Of a stretch of 64,000 nucleotides of DNA, positions 48,006-58,036 are shown in pieces. Both the position numbers and the translations under genes were made by a program. The notes beneath the pieces were generated by a model. That model was not told where the DNA came from, made no database searches, and worked only from the letters and a program-made list of their open reading frames with translations. The stretch's first letter is position 1, and each line of letters opens with the position of its first letter. The stretch spans positions 32,001 through 96,000 of IMG/VR virus record IMGVR_UViG_642973577_000001; one strand, written 5' to 3'. Source of the DNA: a virus (lineage: Duplodnaviria > Caudoviricetes).

Positions 48006-48964
48006 TGAGCGTGAGCTACACGAGGCACTCGGTCGGCGACGTCGACCGCCAGGCCGTCGCGATCCAGTCGGTGAACCTGGACAAGCGCGAGGCCATGGTG
48101 CTGACCCGTGCGCAAACCATGATCAAGGTCGACTGCAGCTACGCCGTCGGCGAGAGCTTCATTACCCCGGCGGTCGGCGAGCAGTGGTACATCGAGCGGT
48201 ACGAATCCACCTGGAAGCTGCAGACCCGCATCCCGTTCAACGACGAGACGCTGCTCATCGAGCCGGAGGAGGGCCAGGTCTCGGTCGGCAGCGACAAGGG
48301 TCCGCTGGAGCTGAACGGCACCGAGCTACGCGCACACGGCCCGGTGATCATCGACGGCGGCAAGGTCCTGCAGTTCGGCACCGGCCACGCCTACCGCGAC
48401 AACAACGGCACCCTGGAGCACCGCTCTTCGACCGCTGACGACGACGACCCGTGGCTGCCGGTCTTCCCCGGCGTCGACATCCCCGAGGTGCCGGTGCTCA
48501 GCGTGGCCGGTCGCACGGGCGACGTCGTGATCGTGGCCAACGACATCAGCAACGCCACGGCGGCGGGCAAGCAGGTCTTGCAGATCGCCAGCCTGACCGC
48601 GCTGCGCACCGCGCTGGCCATCCCTTACCCGATCCACTACGCCCAGACGTTCATCACCCGCGCCGTCGGCTACGGCGAGAACACCATGGGCCTGCGCATC
48701 CAGGACGCCTGCACGATCAACTCCATCACCTGGCGCTGCGGCACCGCTGGCGTCGGCGGCAACATGAGCGTGGAGCTGCGCAAGAACGGCGCGCTGGTCA
48801 CCGGTACCCAGACCGCGATTACGCCCGCCCAGCAGGCCTCTGCGCTGACCGTGACCGGTTCCTGGTCCTTCGCCGCAGGCGACCTGCTCCAGGTCTACGT
48901 CAGCCAGGTCAGCCCGACCCCTGGCGTGGGCCTGGTCGCCGACATGCGGGCGGTGCTGAACTAG
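48005..48964 (+). CDS. Probable baseplate spike (gpV-like) with C-terminal extension
   Basis: PAVGEQW OB-fold-like motif; SVAGRTGDV repeat. Confidence 0.6.
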   Translation: MSVSYTRHSVGDVDRQAVAIQSVNLDKREAMVLTRAQTMIKVDCSYAVGESFITPAVGEQWYIERYESTWKLQTRIPFNDETLLIEPEEGQVSVGSDKGPLELNGTELRAHGPVIIDGGKVLQFGTGHAYRDNNGTLEHRSSTADDDDPWLPVFPGVDIPEVPVLSVAGRTGDVVIVANDISNATAAGKQVLQIASLTALRTALAIPYPIHYAQTFITRAVGYGENTMGLRIQDACTINSITWRCGTAGVGGNMSVELRKNGALVTGTQTAITPAQQASALTVTGSWSFAAGDLLQVYVSQVSPTPGVGLVADMRAVLN

Positions 48965-49575
48965 TGCCCCTTATCGTCCCCCAGTTCCGGGGCTACCTCC
49001 CGGCCATCGAGCAGATCTGGGCTGCCCCTGGCAGCTACACGTTCGATCTTGACATCAGGCACCGCTTTGTCGACCTGGTGGGCATTGGTGGTGGCTCCGG
49101 CGGCAACGGTGGTGACGGTGGCGCGGGCCGCGCCGGTACCGGTGGCGTGGCTGCAGCGTGGGGCAACCTGCGTCTGACCCGAGGCACCGACATCCCCTGG
49201 ACGGCCACCCAGGTCCAGGTCGTCGTCGGCGTCAAGGGCGCGGGCGCACCCAAGGAGCAGCAGGGCCGCGCTGGCACGGCCACCACGTTCACCATCGGCG
49301 GCGTCGTGGTGCTCACCTGCCCCGCAGCGGCCAGGCCGACTCCGCAGTACCAGGGCCGCTACGACGGCCAGTCTCCGGGCGACTACACCTACCCGCTGAC
49401 CGGCACCGTGTTCGCCGGAGGCATCGGCGGTGGCGGTGGTGCCCGCGACGGCAACGGCGCGCACGCGACCGGCGTGGGAGCTGGCGGCGGTGCTGGCAAC
49501 GGCGGTATCTACACCGTGGCCTGGGAGGGCGGAGACGGCTCAGGCGGCGGAGCCTGGGTGAGGGGGTCCCAGTGA
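48964..49575 (+). CDS. Glycine-rich minor tail protein
   Basis: GIGGGSGG..GAGGGAG; TAGTG coupling; resembles the 29682 product. Confidence 0.72.
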   Translation: MPLIVPQFRGYLPAIEQIWAAPGSYTFDLDIRHRFVDLVGIGGGSGGNGGDGGAGRAGTGGVAAAWGNLRLTRGTDIPWTATQVQVVVGVKGAGAPKEQQGRAGTATTFTIGGVVVLTCPAAARPTPQYQGRYDGQSPGDYTYPLTGTVFAGGIGGGGGARDGNGAHATGVGAGGGAGNGGIYTVAWEGGDGSGGGAWVRGSQ

Positions 49576-49588
49576 CCAGAAGAGAAGA
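49553..49588 (+). promoter_or_regulatory. Candidate late promoter
   Basis: CCTGG-19 nt-CAGAAGAGAAGA. Confidence 0.55.
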
Positions 49589-49597
49589 GGAGGACCG

Positions 49598-50020
49598 ATG
49601 AGTTTCAGTCTGGCGCTCGCCGACGGCGACCTGGTGCAGAAGGGCGACCAGCTCGACCTCGTGTTCGGCGTGGACAAGCTCAACCAGGACGTCTACCTCT
49701 GGCTGATGGAACGGTACGGCGGCGACCGGTTCCACGTCACCATGGGCAGCATCCTCCAGGAGTTCATCGGCGGCATCGTGAGCGGCTCCACGCGGGCCGA
49801 GGTCGAGTCCGAGGTCCTGCGCGTTCTGCAGAACTACCAGGCCGTCCAGCTGCGCGGCATCAAGGAGAATCCGCAGCTCTACAGCACGAGCGAGCTGCTG
49901 GTGTCGATCGACGACATCCAGGCCCGCATGAACTACGACACGGTGAACGTCACCGCGAGGCTGCGCAACGGGTCGGGCAACACCGCCACGATCCGCGTGG
50001 CCTCGTCCATCCAGCAGTAG
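49598..50020 (+). CDS. Baseplate wedge, gp25/gpW-like
   Basis: GDL..G.DKL.QD..L.E..G.DRFH..GS; precedes baseplate J. Confidence 0.8.
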   Translation: MSFSLALADGDLVQKGDQLDLVFGVDKLNQDVYLWLMERYGGDRFHVTMGSILQEFIGGIVSGSTRAEVESEVLRVLQNYQAVQLRGIKENPQLYSTSELLVSIDDIQARMNYDTVNVTARLRNGSGNTATIRVASSIQQ

Positions 50021-50030
50021 GAGACGCCAA

Positions 50031-51773
50031 GTGGCAAAGACACCAGACGAGATCTCCAAGGAGATGCTCGCCAAGCTCCGCGTGACCATCCCAGGCATGT
50101 CGTTCGAGCTGGGCACCCCCGAGCGCAAGATCATCGACGCCGTGGCCGAGTCCATCAGCGAGGCCTACGTCGACCAGTACCTTGTCGGCTCTCTGCTGGA
50201 CATCGAGTCCAAGGCCGGTCTGGAGCTGGAGCAGTGGGTCGGCATCTTCGGGTTCGGTCGGCTGCAGGGACGGCAGGCGTCGGGTGTGGTCCGCGTCGAG
50301 CTGGCGAATGCAAACGCCCAGGACATCCCGATCGCCCAGGGCACCCAGTTCTACACCCGCCAGGGCCTCCCAGGCAGCACAGGGCAGCTCTTCTTCTCCG
50401 CCACCCAGGCCGTGGTCATCCCCGCCGGTAGCTACGTCGCCGACGTGCCGATCCAGTGCACCGTCGTGGGCAGCGCGGGCAACGTGCCGCCCGACAGCAT
50501 CGTCTACCTCGGCTCGATCATCGGTGCCACGTCGGTCACCAACCTCACCGCCCTGACCGGCGGTGTAGACGTCGAGACCGACGCCGAACTGCGCCAGCGG
50601 TTCAAGGACACCTTCATGCGCAACATCGCGGGCACCGAGGACTGGTACCTGGGACTGGCGTACCAGAACAAGAACGTCAGCCGCGCCGCCTGCTTCGGCC
50701 CGATCCGCAAGTACGTCACCCAGATCGCCGTCCCGGACACCACGCTCAACCTGCCGGTGACCAACGACGTCAAGTACGCCTGGCCCAAGGGCGAGACGGT
50801 GTTCAAGAACCTCGGCCAGGAGGACGAGAAGTTCTACCGTCCGTTCGACGACTACACCTTCACCGCCGGAGCATCGCCGCAGATCACCCGCGTGGCCACC
50901 GGAGCCATGGTGGTCGGCGACATCGTGGACGTCGAGTTCGAGTACACGACCCGCTCCAGCCGCAACAACCCGCAGGCGGGCATCACCAACAAGGTCGACC
51001 TGTACGTCAACGGCCAGGACCCGTACACGATCACCGAGCGCACCGTCGTCTCGGCGCAGACGCTCTCGTCCAACTCCAGCGACGAGCTGTGGACCGGCAA
51101 CTTCGCCCGCGTCGGCACCGCCGGTACGCCGTCGGCCAGCAACCGGTTCATGCGCCTGGGCAGCGTGCCGATCCTGACCTTCCCGTCGTCGATCGTCGTC
51201 GGCGCGACCAACTACCAGCAGGGCGTGCACTACCACATCCTGCGCGGCACCACCCTGGAGGCGGGCAGCCCTCGCGAGGTCGCCGGTATCGAGTGGCTGC
51301 CAGCTGGCCCGTCCTCTGGCACTCCGCTGACGCTTACTTACGTCTACAACAGGGTTCCCGAGGTCCTCAACGCCGTCGTCAAGCAGGGCAAGCAGATCAC
51401 GACCGACGTGCTGGTGCACCAGGCCGGATACGCCTACCTGCGGATCTACCTGTCGATCGAGTTCGATCGCGGCTTCGTGGTCACCCAGGTCACCAACGCG
51501 ATCCAGACCCGACTGCGCGAGTACTTCGCCAGCCTGCCGTTCGGCTCGTGGATCGAGCTGAGCGACCTCAACCTGGCGGTCCACCAGGTGCTCGGCGTCG
51601 ACAACGTGAACATCACGACCAGCGCCGAGAACGGCAGCAACTACGGCATCAAGGTGTTCGGCAACTCCACCGACGTCGTGCCGTCGTCGATCCAGACGGC
51701 TGACTTCAAGCTCAGCGACAACACGCTGCCGGTCTTCATGGAGGCCGTCATCTTGCGCAAGGCGAACAGGTAG
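50031..51773 (+). CDS. Baseplate J-like protein
   Basis: IAQGTQF, GSAGNV, GGVDVETDAELRQR. Confidence 0.9.
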   Translation: MAKTPDEISKEMLAKLRVTIPGMSFELGTPERKIIDAVAESISEAYVDQYLVGSLLDIESKAGLELEQWVGIFGFGRLQGRQASGVVRVELANANAQDIPIAQGTQFYTRQGLPGSTGQLFFSATQAVVIPAGSYVADVPIQCTVVGSAGNVPPDSIVYLGSIIGATSVTNLTALTGGVDVETDAELRQRFKDTFMRNIAGTEDWYLGLAYQNKNVSRAACFGPIRKYVTQIAVPDTTLNLPVTNDVKYAWPKGETVFKNLGQEDEKFYRPFDDYTFTAGASPQITRVATGAMVVGDIVDVEFEYTTRSSRNNPQAGITNKVDLYVNGQDPYTITERTVVSAQTLSSNSSDELWTGNFARVGTAGTPSASNRFMRLGSVPILTFPSSIVVGATNYQQGVHYHILRGTTLEAGSPREVAGIEWLPAGPSSGTPLTLTYVYNRVPEVLNAVVKQGKQITTDVLVHQAGYAYLRIYLSIEFDRGFVVTQVTNAIQTRLREYFASLPFGSWIELSDLNLAVHQVLGVDNVNITTSAENGSNYGIKVFGNSTDVVPSSIQTADFKLSDNTLPVFMEAVILRKANR

Positions 51774-51782
51774 GTCTGACCC

Positions 51783-53129
51783 ATGCCGAACAACAGCCCC
51801 TTCCCCCTGATGCCGTCCAAGTCCACCGAGCTTCGGATGGACCACTTCGACCAGAACGTCTACGTCGCTGACGCGACCACGATCCTGTACAAGTTCATGG
51901 ACGCGCTGTGCGGCGACTCCGGTGCTGGCAGCCTCAAGAAGGAGATCTTCATCCAGCGCCTCTCCGGCGCGATCAGCGGTATCTACGGCTCCGACCTGGA
52001 CTACATCTTCGGCAACGCGGCCTTCCTCTCCCGAGCGCCATCGGAGAGCTACAGCTACGACACCATGACCCAGATGCTCACCAGCGACCAGTGGGACGAG
52101 GTGCAGGCCAAGGACGCTTGGTACCGGGCGCGCATCACCGAGTACTTCCGGGCCTGCTCGGCTGGCGGCACCGCCGAGGGCATCCGGCTGGCCGTCCACG
52201 CGGCCTGCTCGGTCGACTGCGAGATCATGGAGAACTGGCGCTACATCGACGACTTCGGCCTCGGCCAGAACGTCGGGCGTGCACCGGTCTCGGCGCGCAA
52301 CGAGGTCACCATCCGGCCACACAAGTCCGCGCTGGACCCCAAGGAGCGCCGCCTGCTGCGCGACATGCTCGACAAGATCACCCCGCAGGACTCCATCGCC
52401 ACGATCGACACCAACGGCCTGAGCGTCTCGACGCCGGTCCCGGTGCGTGGTGTGGTGGCCGATTCGGTCTACTACGAGGTGCAGAAGGTCGTCACCGGCA
52501 CGCCCGTGCTGGAGGACTTCCCCAACCCCGAGCTGCTGGCCGCTGACCTGGACCCCACCGAGCAGTACCTGTGGTCCAAGTCGCCGGAGCTGGCACCGTA
52601 CGCCCAGTTCAACATCACTCAGGAGTACGGCTACTACTACCTGGTCGGCGGCGGCAAGCGCAGCCCGATCGACTCGGTGAGCTACGGCACCCTGCAGCCC
52701 GACGGCAAGGTCAAGGCAGAGCCGCCGTTCGAGCTGTTCGAGTCGACCGGCCAGTTCACCGCGTGGATGGAGTACGAGCGCGCCGACAGCCCCGACAACT
52801 ACCCCGGCGGTAAGTTCGGCCTGACGCCCACCCAGGAGCCAGCACTCAACCCCGACCGCACCGCCTACCAGTTCAAGTACACCAGCCAGCAGGCCTACAT
52901 CGACGACCGAAAGGCCGAGGTGCTCGCGATGGGCGGCTATGCTGACGACCAGCGGTACCGCCTCCCAGTGGAGAAGGCCTCGGCGAGCAAGCGCACGTTC
53001 ACCGCCGACCTGGCCATCGCGTACTCCGCGCCCGCCCGTGACTCCACCGTCACCTCCAGCTGGACCGCACGCAAGCCTCGCCAGGCCAACCGCGAGGTGC
53101 GCGATCCGGCCAACTTCGTCAGGAGCTAG
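51783..53129 (+). CDS. Baseplate wedge (gpI-like)
   Basis: DAWYRARI..GGTAEGI motif; follows J. Confidence 0.7.
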   Translation: MPNNSPFPLMPSKSTELRMDHFDQNVYVADATTILYKFMDALCGDSGAGSLKKEIFIQRLSGAISGIYGSDLDYIFGNAAFLSRAPSESYSYDTMTQMLTSDQWDEVQAKDAWYRARITEYFRACSAGGTAEGIRLAVHAACSVDCEIMENWRYIDDFGLGQNVGRAPVSARNEVTIRPHKSALDPKERRLLRDMLDKITPQDSIATIDTNGLSVSTPVPVRGVVADSVYYEVQKVVTGTPVLEDFPNPELLAADLDPTEQYLWSKSPELAPYAQFNITQEYGYYYLVGGGKRSPIDSVSYGTLQPDGKVKAEPPFELFESTGQFTAWMEYERADSPDNYPGGKFGLTPTQEPALNPDRTAYQFKYTSQQAYIDDRKAEVLAMGGYADDQRYRLPVEKASASKRTFTADLAIAYSAPARDSTVTSSWTARKPRQANREVRDPANFVRS

Positions 53130-53134
53130 CCAAA

Positions 53135-56100
53135 GTGGCCGAACAGAAGTACTACTTCGACTTCCACTTCCCGCTCAAGGTCGTCGCGCTCATCCTGCAG
53201 CTGATCTTCGGCAAGGGAGGCACCGACGCCCAGGTCGTCGACCCCGCGACTCGCGAGTGGTTCAGCCAGCCGCGTCCGGGCCGCGACGGCGGCACCGAGG
53301 TCATCACGACCACCTTCAAGCTGCCGCTGAGCATCTCCGAGCTGAGCACCGAGATCCTGCGCGTGCCCTGCCAGGTCGAGTTCTGGTACCAGGACCGCAA
53401 CAACAACTGGCGTCCGGTGCTGGACATGACCCGGCTGCCGGTGCGCATCAACGTGGCCCGCTCGGACGCTCGCTCGTTCTACAAGTTCACGTCCAAGGTC
53501 TATCCGATCGTCGCCAAGCAGATGCAGATCCGCGTAACGCGGACCAACGATCCGACGATGGAGGGCACCCCGTTCGTCGTCGGCCTTCGCAACACGCTCA
53601 TCCGGCGCAACGTCTACGACCGCGCCCAGGGCCAGCAGTACTTCGAGGAAGAGCAGGACATCCTCGGCAACGTCATCACCAAGTACATCAAGGACTGGGA
53701 CGCCAAGCGGGCCATCGACGACGACCCGTACACGTTCTGGAAGAGCGCCCCGATGCCCGACCCCGGCGCGGTGGCCAACCTGTTCCTGGACCTGCGCGGC
53801 GACGACGGCGAGCCTCGCTCGGTCGACAAGTTCTATATCGACCCGGTGTACACCGGCCAGCACCTGAACCTCTACTACTCCAGCGACGACACGATCGGCA
53901 CCCGCAAGCTCAACCCGGTGGCGATTCGCCCCGACGAGGACGAGAACACCGAGTGGCGGCTGGGCCGAGGCCGCAGCGACATCAGCGCCACGCTGCAGGA
54001 GAGCTACTACCGCTGGAACATGAACCTCGGCCCGCAGATCGGCCAGGCGGCATGGATCGGCGTCGAGTGGACCCCCGACTTCGACGCGGCCAGCGGTCCT
54101 CCGGGCAACCCGGTCCTCTACCGCGTGCGCGAGCCAGCTGGCCAGTGGAAGCCGACCCTGGAGTACGACGTCGGCGCGGGCGAGTTCACGCTGCAGTTCG
54201 ACAACGGCTCCGACACCCGCACCTACAGCGCACCCCTGACGTCGACCTTCAAGGCCGGTGACACGCTGCGCATCGTGGTCGGCTGGCGCTATGCCCCGAA
54301 CACCGTCTACATCAGCGTCCTGGACCGCCGGGGCAACGAGATCGCCCACCTGGAGGCCAACCCGTCCACCCTGCCGATGCAGGTGAGCCTGGACGGCACC
54401 AACGAGCTGTACGGATTCCGGGGGCTGGTCACCGCGCTCATCGTCAAGCTGGAGAGCTACCAGAGCAGCCGCGACCAGTTCATGGCCTCCCCGACCTACT
54501 ACGTCGACCCGGACCCGGTGATCCCGGACCCGGCCACCGGCCTGATCCCCAGCACGAGCCTGGACAACGCCGTCTACGCCGTCAGCTGGACCGCCCAGGA
54601 GCACGGCTCCGGCGGCGCAAGCGAGACCGCCTACGAGGACAAGGAGTGGACCCCGGTCTGGCGCAACTACGTCGTCGAGAAGGGCATGCTGTTCCTGCCC
54701 CAGGCGATCAGCGCCAAGTACTGGAAGTTCGAGTTCAGCCAGCTCACCGAGCAGCCCTACCCGATCTACGAGAGCGACATCGAGGTCCGGTACAAAGTCT
54801 TCCCGACCTCGGTCGTCCAGCAGTCCAGCCTCGGGCCGCGCCTGTACACGGGCGAGGGCGGCTTCCTGGGCCTGGGCACCTTCATCAGCATGAACGGCGT
54901 CCGGTCGGTCAACTGGCTCAACCCGGCCAGCATCCTGGACGCCGTGGGGTCGGTGCTGACCACCCAGTACGACGTCGTGCAGATCACCCAGTCCAACGGC
55001 TACATCAGCGAGACGATGCCCAACGCCGCCGACCTCAACCTGGAGGAGAGCCGCCGGATCGAGGCGGGCAGCCAGTACGTCTACCGGCGCGAGACCCTGC
55101 AGCCCTACATCATGGCCGAGGACCAGTACGTCACCACGATCAAGGCCGAGGGCCTGCAGAAGCTGGCGACGTTCACCGACGTGCCGTGGGAGGACATCGC
55201 AGCGGCCAACCCCGGCGCGATCACCCGCGTACGGTCGATCGGCACCCTGCCGGTGCGCGGCACCGACTGGTGGATCTACCCCGGCCAGCAGCTCAAGGTC
55301 CCGGCCAACGTCATGCAGAAGCTCACCGACACCTCCACGGTGACCGAACGCAAGATGACGCTGGAGCGGCGCGTGCGGTTCAACAGCCAGAGCGTGCACC
55401 GCTACGACTACCGGACCCTCAAGCGGGACGCGGCCATCGCCTACTTCGCCGCCGTCCGGGAGATCATCCCGTTCACGTCGACCTTCATCGCGGGCGAGGA
55501 CAAGCCGTACTTCGACTTCCCGACCTACGACCCCGACCAGTTCGTGACCAACTTCGTGAAGCGGCAGCCGACAGGCCCGATCACCACGCAGAAGAAGGTC
55601 TACCAGATCGACAACCGGCTGTTCGAGCGCAACCTGGCCAACTGGATCGCCTCCGGCGACAACTGGAGCTGGGACGGCACCAAGGGCCGCTGGCTGCGCG
55701 GTACGGCGCGGTGCGAGACCAACGGCCTGCACAACGAGCTGCTGAGCCAGATCAACGACGTCGAACCCGGCGAGCAGTTCAAGGTCCACGTCGACCTCAT
55801 GTGGGAGGACGTGACCGTCGCCAACACCCAGGAGGCGTTCGGCCTGGCGATCCGCTACTACCGGGCCGACGGCAGCTTCCTGTCCGACGCCTACGTGGGC
55901 ACCGTCAGCTACTCGGACTGGTCGACCCACAGCGACGGCGCGTGGAGGTCGATCGACGGCACCATGACCGCCCCGGCCAACGCCGCCCGGTTCCGGGTGG
56001 CCCTGGTGGTCGCGGCAGCTGCCCAGGCGGGCGGCAAGGTCTGGTTCGAGAACGTGCGGGTGGAGACCACCGACACGACTCTGGCCACGGTGTTCAAGAG

Positions 56101-56905
56101 CCTGCAGACGCGCTCGACGTTCTCCAAGGTCTCGGTCGACTTCAAGGACTCGGGACTGTGGCGCGCCGACAGCATGTGGGCCGACATCAACCCCGACAGC
56201 CAGTCCATCGGGGACACCGAGCTGGCCTACTACACGCGCACCATCCCCGAGACGATTCCCGGAGGTACCTGGGGTGACACCACAAAGGCGTGGTCGACTG
56301 AGGACACTGTGTGGGGAAGCCCGTACGGCGTGGTCAATATCAGCGTCGATCCTAACCGTCGCTATCAGGGCAAGCGCGTACTTCGCTTCCGAAGGGCTGC
56401 GGGCGCTGGTCAGGCCGGTATCAAGGTCAAGCAGTGGACTCACTTCGTTCCTCAGGGCCTGTTCCGCATCGGTGCCGTTTTCTACAAGCCGACGGCAAAT
56501 GACAACGTGGCGACGGTTCGACTCCGCCGACTGGCCGATGGCGTCATCGTCTACGAGGAGTCAGTCGTCGCTCCAGCTGGTCGTTGGCATGAGTTCAAGA
56601 CACGCTTCGTCGAGATCCCGCCGGGGGCTGACCAGGAGTACAACGTAGAGCTGACCCTGGAGGGCGACGACGAGGACGAGCTGTACCTCTCGGACCTCTA
56701 CACCGAGCTGGCGCTGGTCCGGTACTTCGTTCGCCTCGGCGGCGTCGGCAGCTTCCTGCACGAGGTGACCGACCTGCGCTACGAGGACGGTCGCGTCAAC
56801 GTGACCACGACCGTCCCCGTCAGCGACGTCAGCGTGACCGCCAGCATCATCTCGCCAGAGGCCTGGGCGTACGGGGCGCGCATCACCCCGCACTACCTCA
56901 AGTAG
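53135..56905 (+). CDS. Large baseplate/tail protein with carbohydrate-binding-like modules
   Basis: 1256 aa, beta-rich; TAPANAARFRV..VWFENV CBM-like motif. Confidence 0.75.
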   Translation: MAEQKYYFDFHFPLKVVALILQLIFGKGGTDAQVVDPATREWFSQPRPGRDGGTEVITTTFKLPLSISELSTEILRVPCQVEFWYQDRNNNWRPVLDMTRLPVRINVARSDARSFYKFTSKVYPIVAKQMQIRVTRTNDPTMEGTPFVVGLRNTLIRRNVYDRAQGQQYFEEEQDILGNVITKYIKDWDAKRAIDDDPYTFWKSAPMPDPGAVANLFLDLRGDDGEPRSVDKFYIDPVYTGQHLNLYYSSDDTIGTRKLNPVAIRPDEDENTEWRLGRGRSDISATLQESYYRWNMNLGPQIGQAAWIGVEWTPDFDAASGPPGNPVLYRVREPAGQWKPTLEYDVGAGEFTLQFDNGSDTRTYSAPLTSTFKAGDTLRIVVGWRYAPNTVYISVLDRRGNEIAHLEANPSTLPMQVSLDGTNELYGFRGLVTALIVKLESYQSSRDQFMASPTYYVDPDPVIPDPATGLIPSTSLDNAVYAVSWTAQEHGSGGASETAYEDKEWTPVWRNYVVEKGMLFLPQAISAKYWKFEFSQLTEQPYPIYESDIEVRYKVFPTSVVQQSSLGPRLYTGEGGFLGLGTFISMNGVRSVNWLNPASILDAVGSVLTTQYDVVQITQSNGYISETMPNAADLNLEESRRIEAGSQYVYRRETLQPYIMAEDQYVTTIKAEGLQKLATFTDVPWEDIAAANPGAITRVRSIGTLPVRGTDWWIYPGQQLKVPANVMQKLTDTSTVTERKMTLERRVRFNSQSVHRYDYRTLKRDAAIAYFAAVREIIPFTSTFIAGEDKPYFDFPTYDPDQFVTNFVKRQPTGPITTQKKVYQIDNRLFERNLANWIASGDNWSWDGTKGRWLRGTARCETNGLHNELLSQINDVEPGEQFKVHVDLMWEDVTVANTQEAFGLAIRYYRADGSFLSDAYVGTVSYSDWSTHSDGAWRSIDGTMTAPANAARFRVALVVAAAAQAGGKVWFENVRVETTDTTLATVFKSLQTRSTFSKVSVDFKDSGLWRADSMWADINPDSQSIGDTELAYYTRTIPETIPGGTWGDTTKAWSTEDTVWGSPYGVVNISVDPNRRYQGKRVLRFRRAAGAGQAGIKVKQWTHFVPQGLFRIGAVFYKPTANDNVATVRLRRLADGVIVYEESVVAPAGRWHEFKTRFVEIPPGADQEYNVELTLEGDDEDELYLSDLYTELALVRYFVRLGGVGSFLHEVTDLRYEDGRVNVTTTVPVSDVSVTASIISPEAWAYGARITPHYLK

Positions 56906-57208
56906 CTACTTCGCGTGGCTCTTGAACCGGCCCGGACGGCTGCGCATCACGATCACCATGTTCTGGTGGGTGGGCACCCGGTAGGCCGGTCCCCAGCTCT
57001 GGATCTTCCAGGCCTTGTTGCAGCCCTCGATCTGGTCGATGGCTTCAACGGTGACCTCGCTGGTGACGACCAGCTGGCCCTCGGCGTTGCGGCTCTCCCG
57101 GCGTTCGGTGGTGCCCCGGCTGCCGGTGACCCGTGCCATGGCTGCCGCTCCGACAATGGCGTCGGCCTCGGCCTGGGTGAAGTAGTCCTCCATTGCGTGG
57201 TTGCTCAT
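56906..57208 (-). CDS. Hypothetical protein (leaderless)
   Basis: 100 aa, with its own promoter upstream. Confidence 0.7.
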   Translation of the reverse strand: MSNHAMEDYFTQAEADAIVGAAAMARVTGSRGTTERRESRNAEGQLVVTSEVTVEAIDQIEGCNKAWKIQSWGPAYRVPTHQNMVIVMRSRPGRFKSHAK

Positions 57209-57214
57209 GGCTCA

Positions 57215-57244
57215 ACTATAGCAGTCGACTAGAACCTTTTGCAA
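57215..57244 (-). promoter_or_regulatory. SigA-like leaderless promoter
   Basis: Minus strand TTGCAA-18 nt (contains TTCTAG)-TATAGT, ATG 6 nt downstream. Confidence 0.7.
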
Positions 57245-57247
57245 CCC

Positions 57248-57445
57248 CTACCGGCGGTTCTTCTTCGATCGCTTCGGCGCACGGTACTTCCGGGGCTGCG
57301 CGGTGAGGTGCCAGCCGCCGCAGCGGCACTCGTACACGCGGATGGGCGAGTAGAGGGTCTTCCCGAGCCGAGGATCGTGCAATGCCTGCTCGGCGCTCTC
57401 CTCGGTGCGATAGCGGCTCTTCGTGGGTGTGGGGCAAGTATTCAT
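57248..57445 (-). CDS. Small Zn-binding phage protein
   Basis: CPTPTK.RY..RVYECRCGGWHLT, a common actinophage motif. Confidence 0.75.
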   Translation of the reverse strand: MNTCPTPTKSRYRTEESAEQALHDPRLGKTLYSPIRVYECRCGGWHLTAQPRKYRAPKRSKKNRR

Positions 57446-57601
57446 TCCTATGACACTACACTAGAGCTGTCTCACCTGCCTAGAAGATTCCGGGTTGACT
57501 TTCGTTCTAGGCCCTGTCAGTCAGTGATGGCCGAGAAGACCTTCACCGAGGCGAAGAAGCGCGCCCGCGAGCATCACCTCGCACTGATCGGGAAGTAGGG
57601 G

Positions 57602-57630
57602 TTGCGGCGTCGGTGTTCTTCTAGTAAGCT
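57602..57630 (+). promoter_or_regulatory. SigA-like leaderless promoter
   Basis: TTGCGG-17 nt (contains TTCTAG)-TAAGCT, ATG 6 nt downstream. Confidence 0.65.
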
Positions 57631-57636
57631 ATAAGT

Positions 57637-57780
57637 ATGAACACGAACACCGACGCCGGTCGCCTCCACAGCGAGCGCCGCACCGCACAGGCTCGCGCCG
57701 CCGCGAAGCCGGTGAACAAGGCCCGCGCCGCCAAGCGCCCCGGCAAGGGCAACCGCAACAACTGGAAGAAGGGCATCTGA
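57637..57780 (+). CDS. Small basic protein (47 aa), not in the ORF track
   Basis: MNTNTDAGRLHSERR...KRPGKGNRNNWKKGI. Confidence 0.65.
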   Translation: MNTNTDAGRLHSERRTAQARAAAKPVNKARAAKRPGKGNRNNWKKGI

Positions 57781-57929
57781 TGGCACGTATGCTCGGCACC
57801 TACCGCCAGCCGCCTTGCAAGCGGTGCTGCGGCGACCGCTTCAAGGACGAGCGCAAGGTCACCAAGCGCGCCGTCAAGCGCGCCGAGAAGGCCGACCTCC
57901 GCCGCGACATCGAGAAGGGACGAGTGTGA
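57780..57929 (+). CDS. Small basic Cys-containing protein (49 aa), not in the ORF track
   Basis: MARMLGTYRQPPCKRCCGD...; TGATG coupling at both ends. Confidence 0.65.
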   Translation: MARMLGTYRQPPCKRCCGDRFKDERKVTKRAVKRAEKADLRRDIEKGRV

Positions 57930-58036
57930 TGCGCAACTTCCACCACCGCGTGCGTGCGGTCTTCCTGGGAGCCGCCGCTGGCTCCTCGGTCTACGTCGGG
58001 CTGATGGGCCTGGCGTACTGGTTCACCACCCTGTGA
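57929..58036 (+). CDS. Small membrane peptide (35 aa)
   Basis: MRNFHHRVRAVFLGAAAGSSVYVGLMGLAYWFTTL. Confidence 0.55.
   Translation: MRNFHHRVRAVFLGAAAGSSVYVGLMGLAYWFTTL

Noticed and set aside
1610-56443. Very long minus-strand ORFs (e.g. 1610-4576, 10612-14712, 44982-47945, 53126-56443)
   Set aside because: Antisense shadows of GC3-biased plus-strand genes; V/L/G/R-rich with no motifs or RBS.
57527-57598. 23-codon ORF MAEKTFTEAKKRAREHHLALIGK
   Set aside because: Plausible codons but no clear RBS or -10 box; too short to support.
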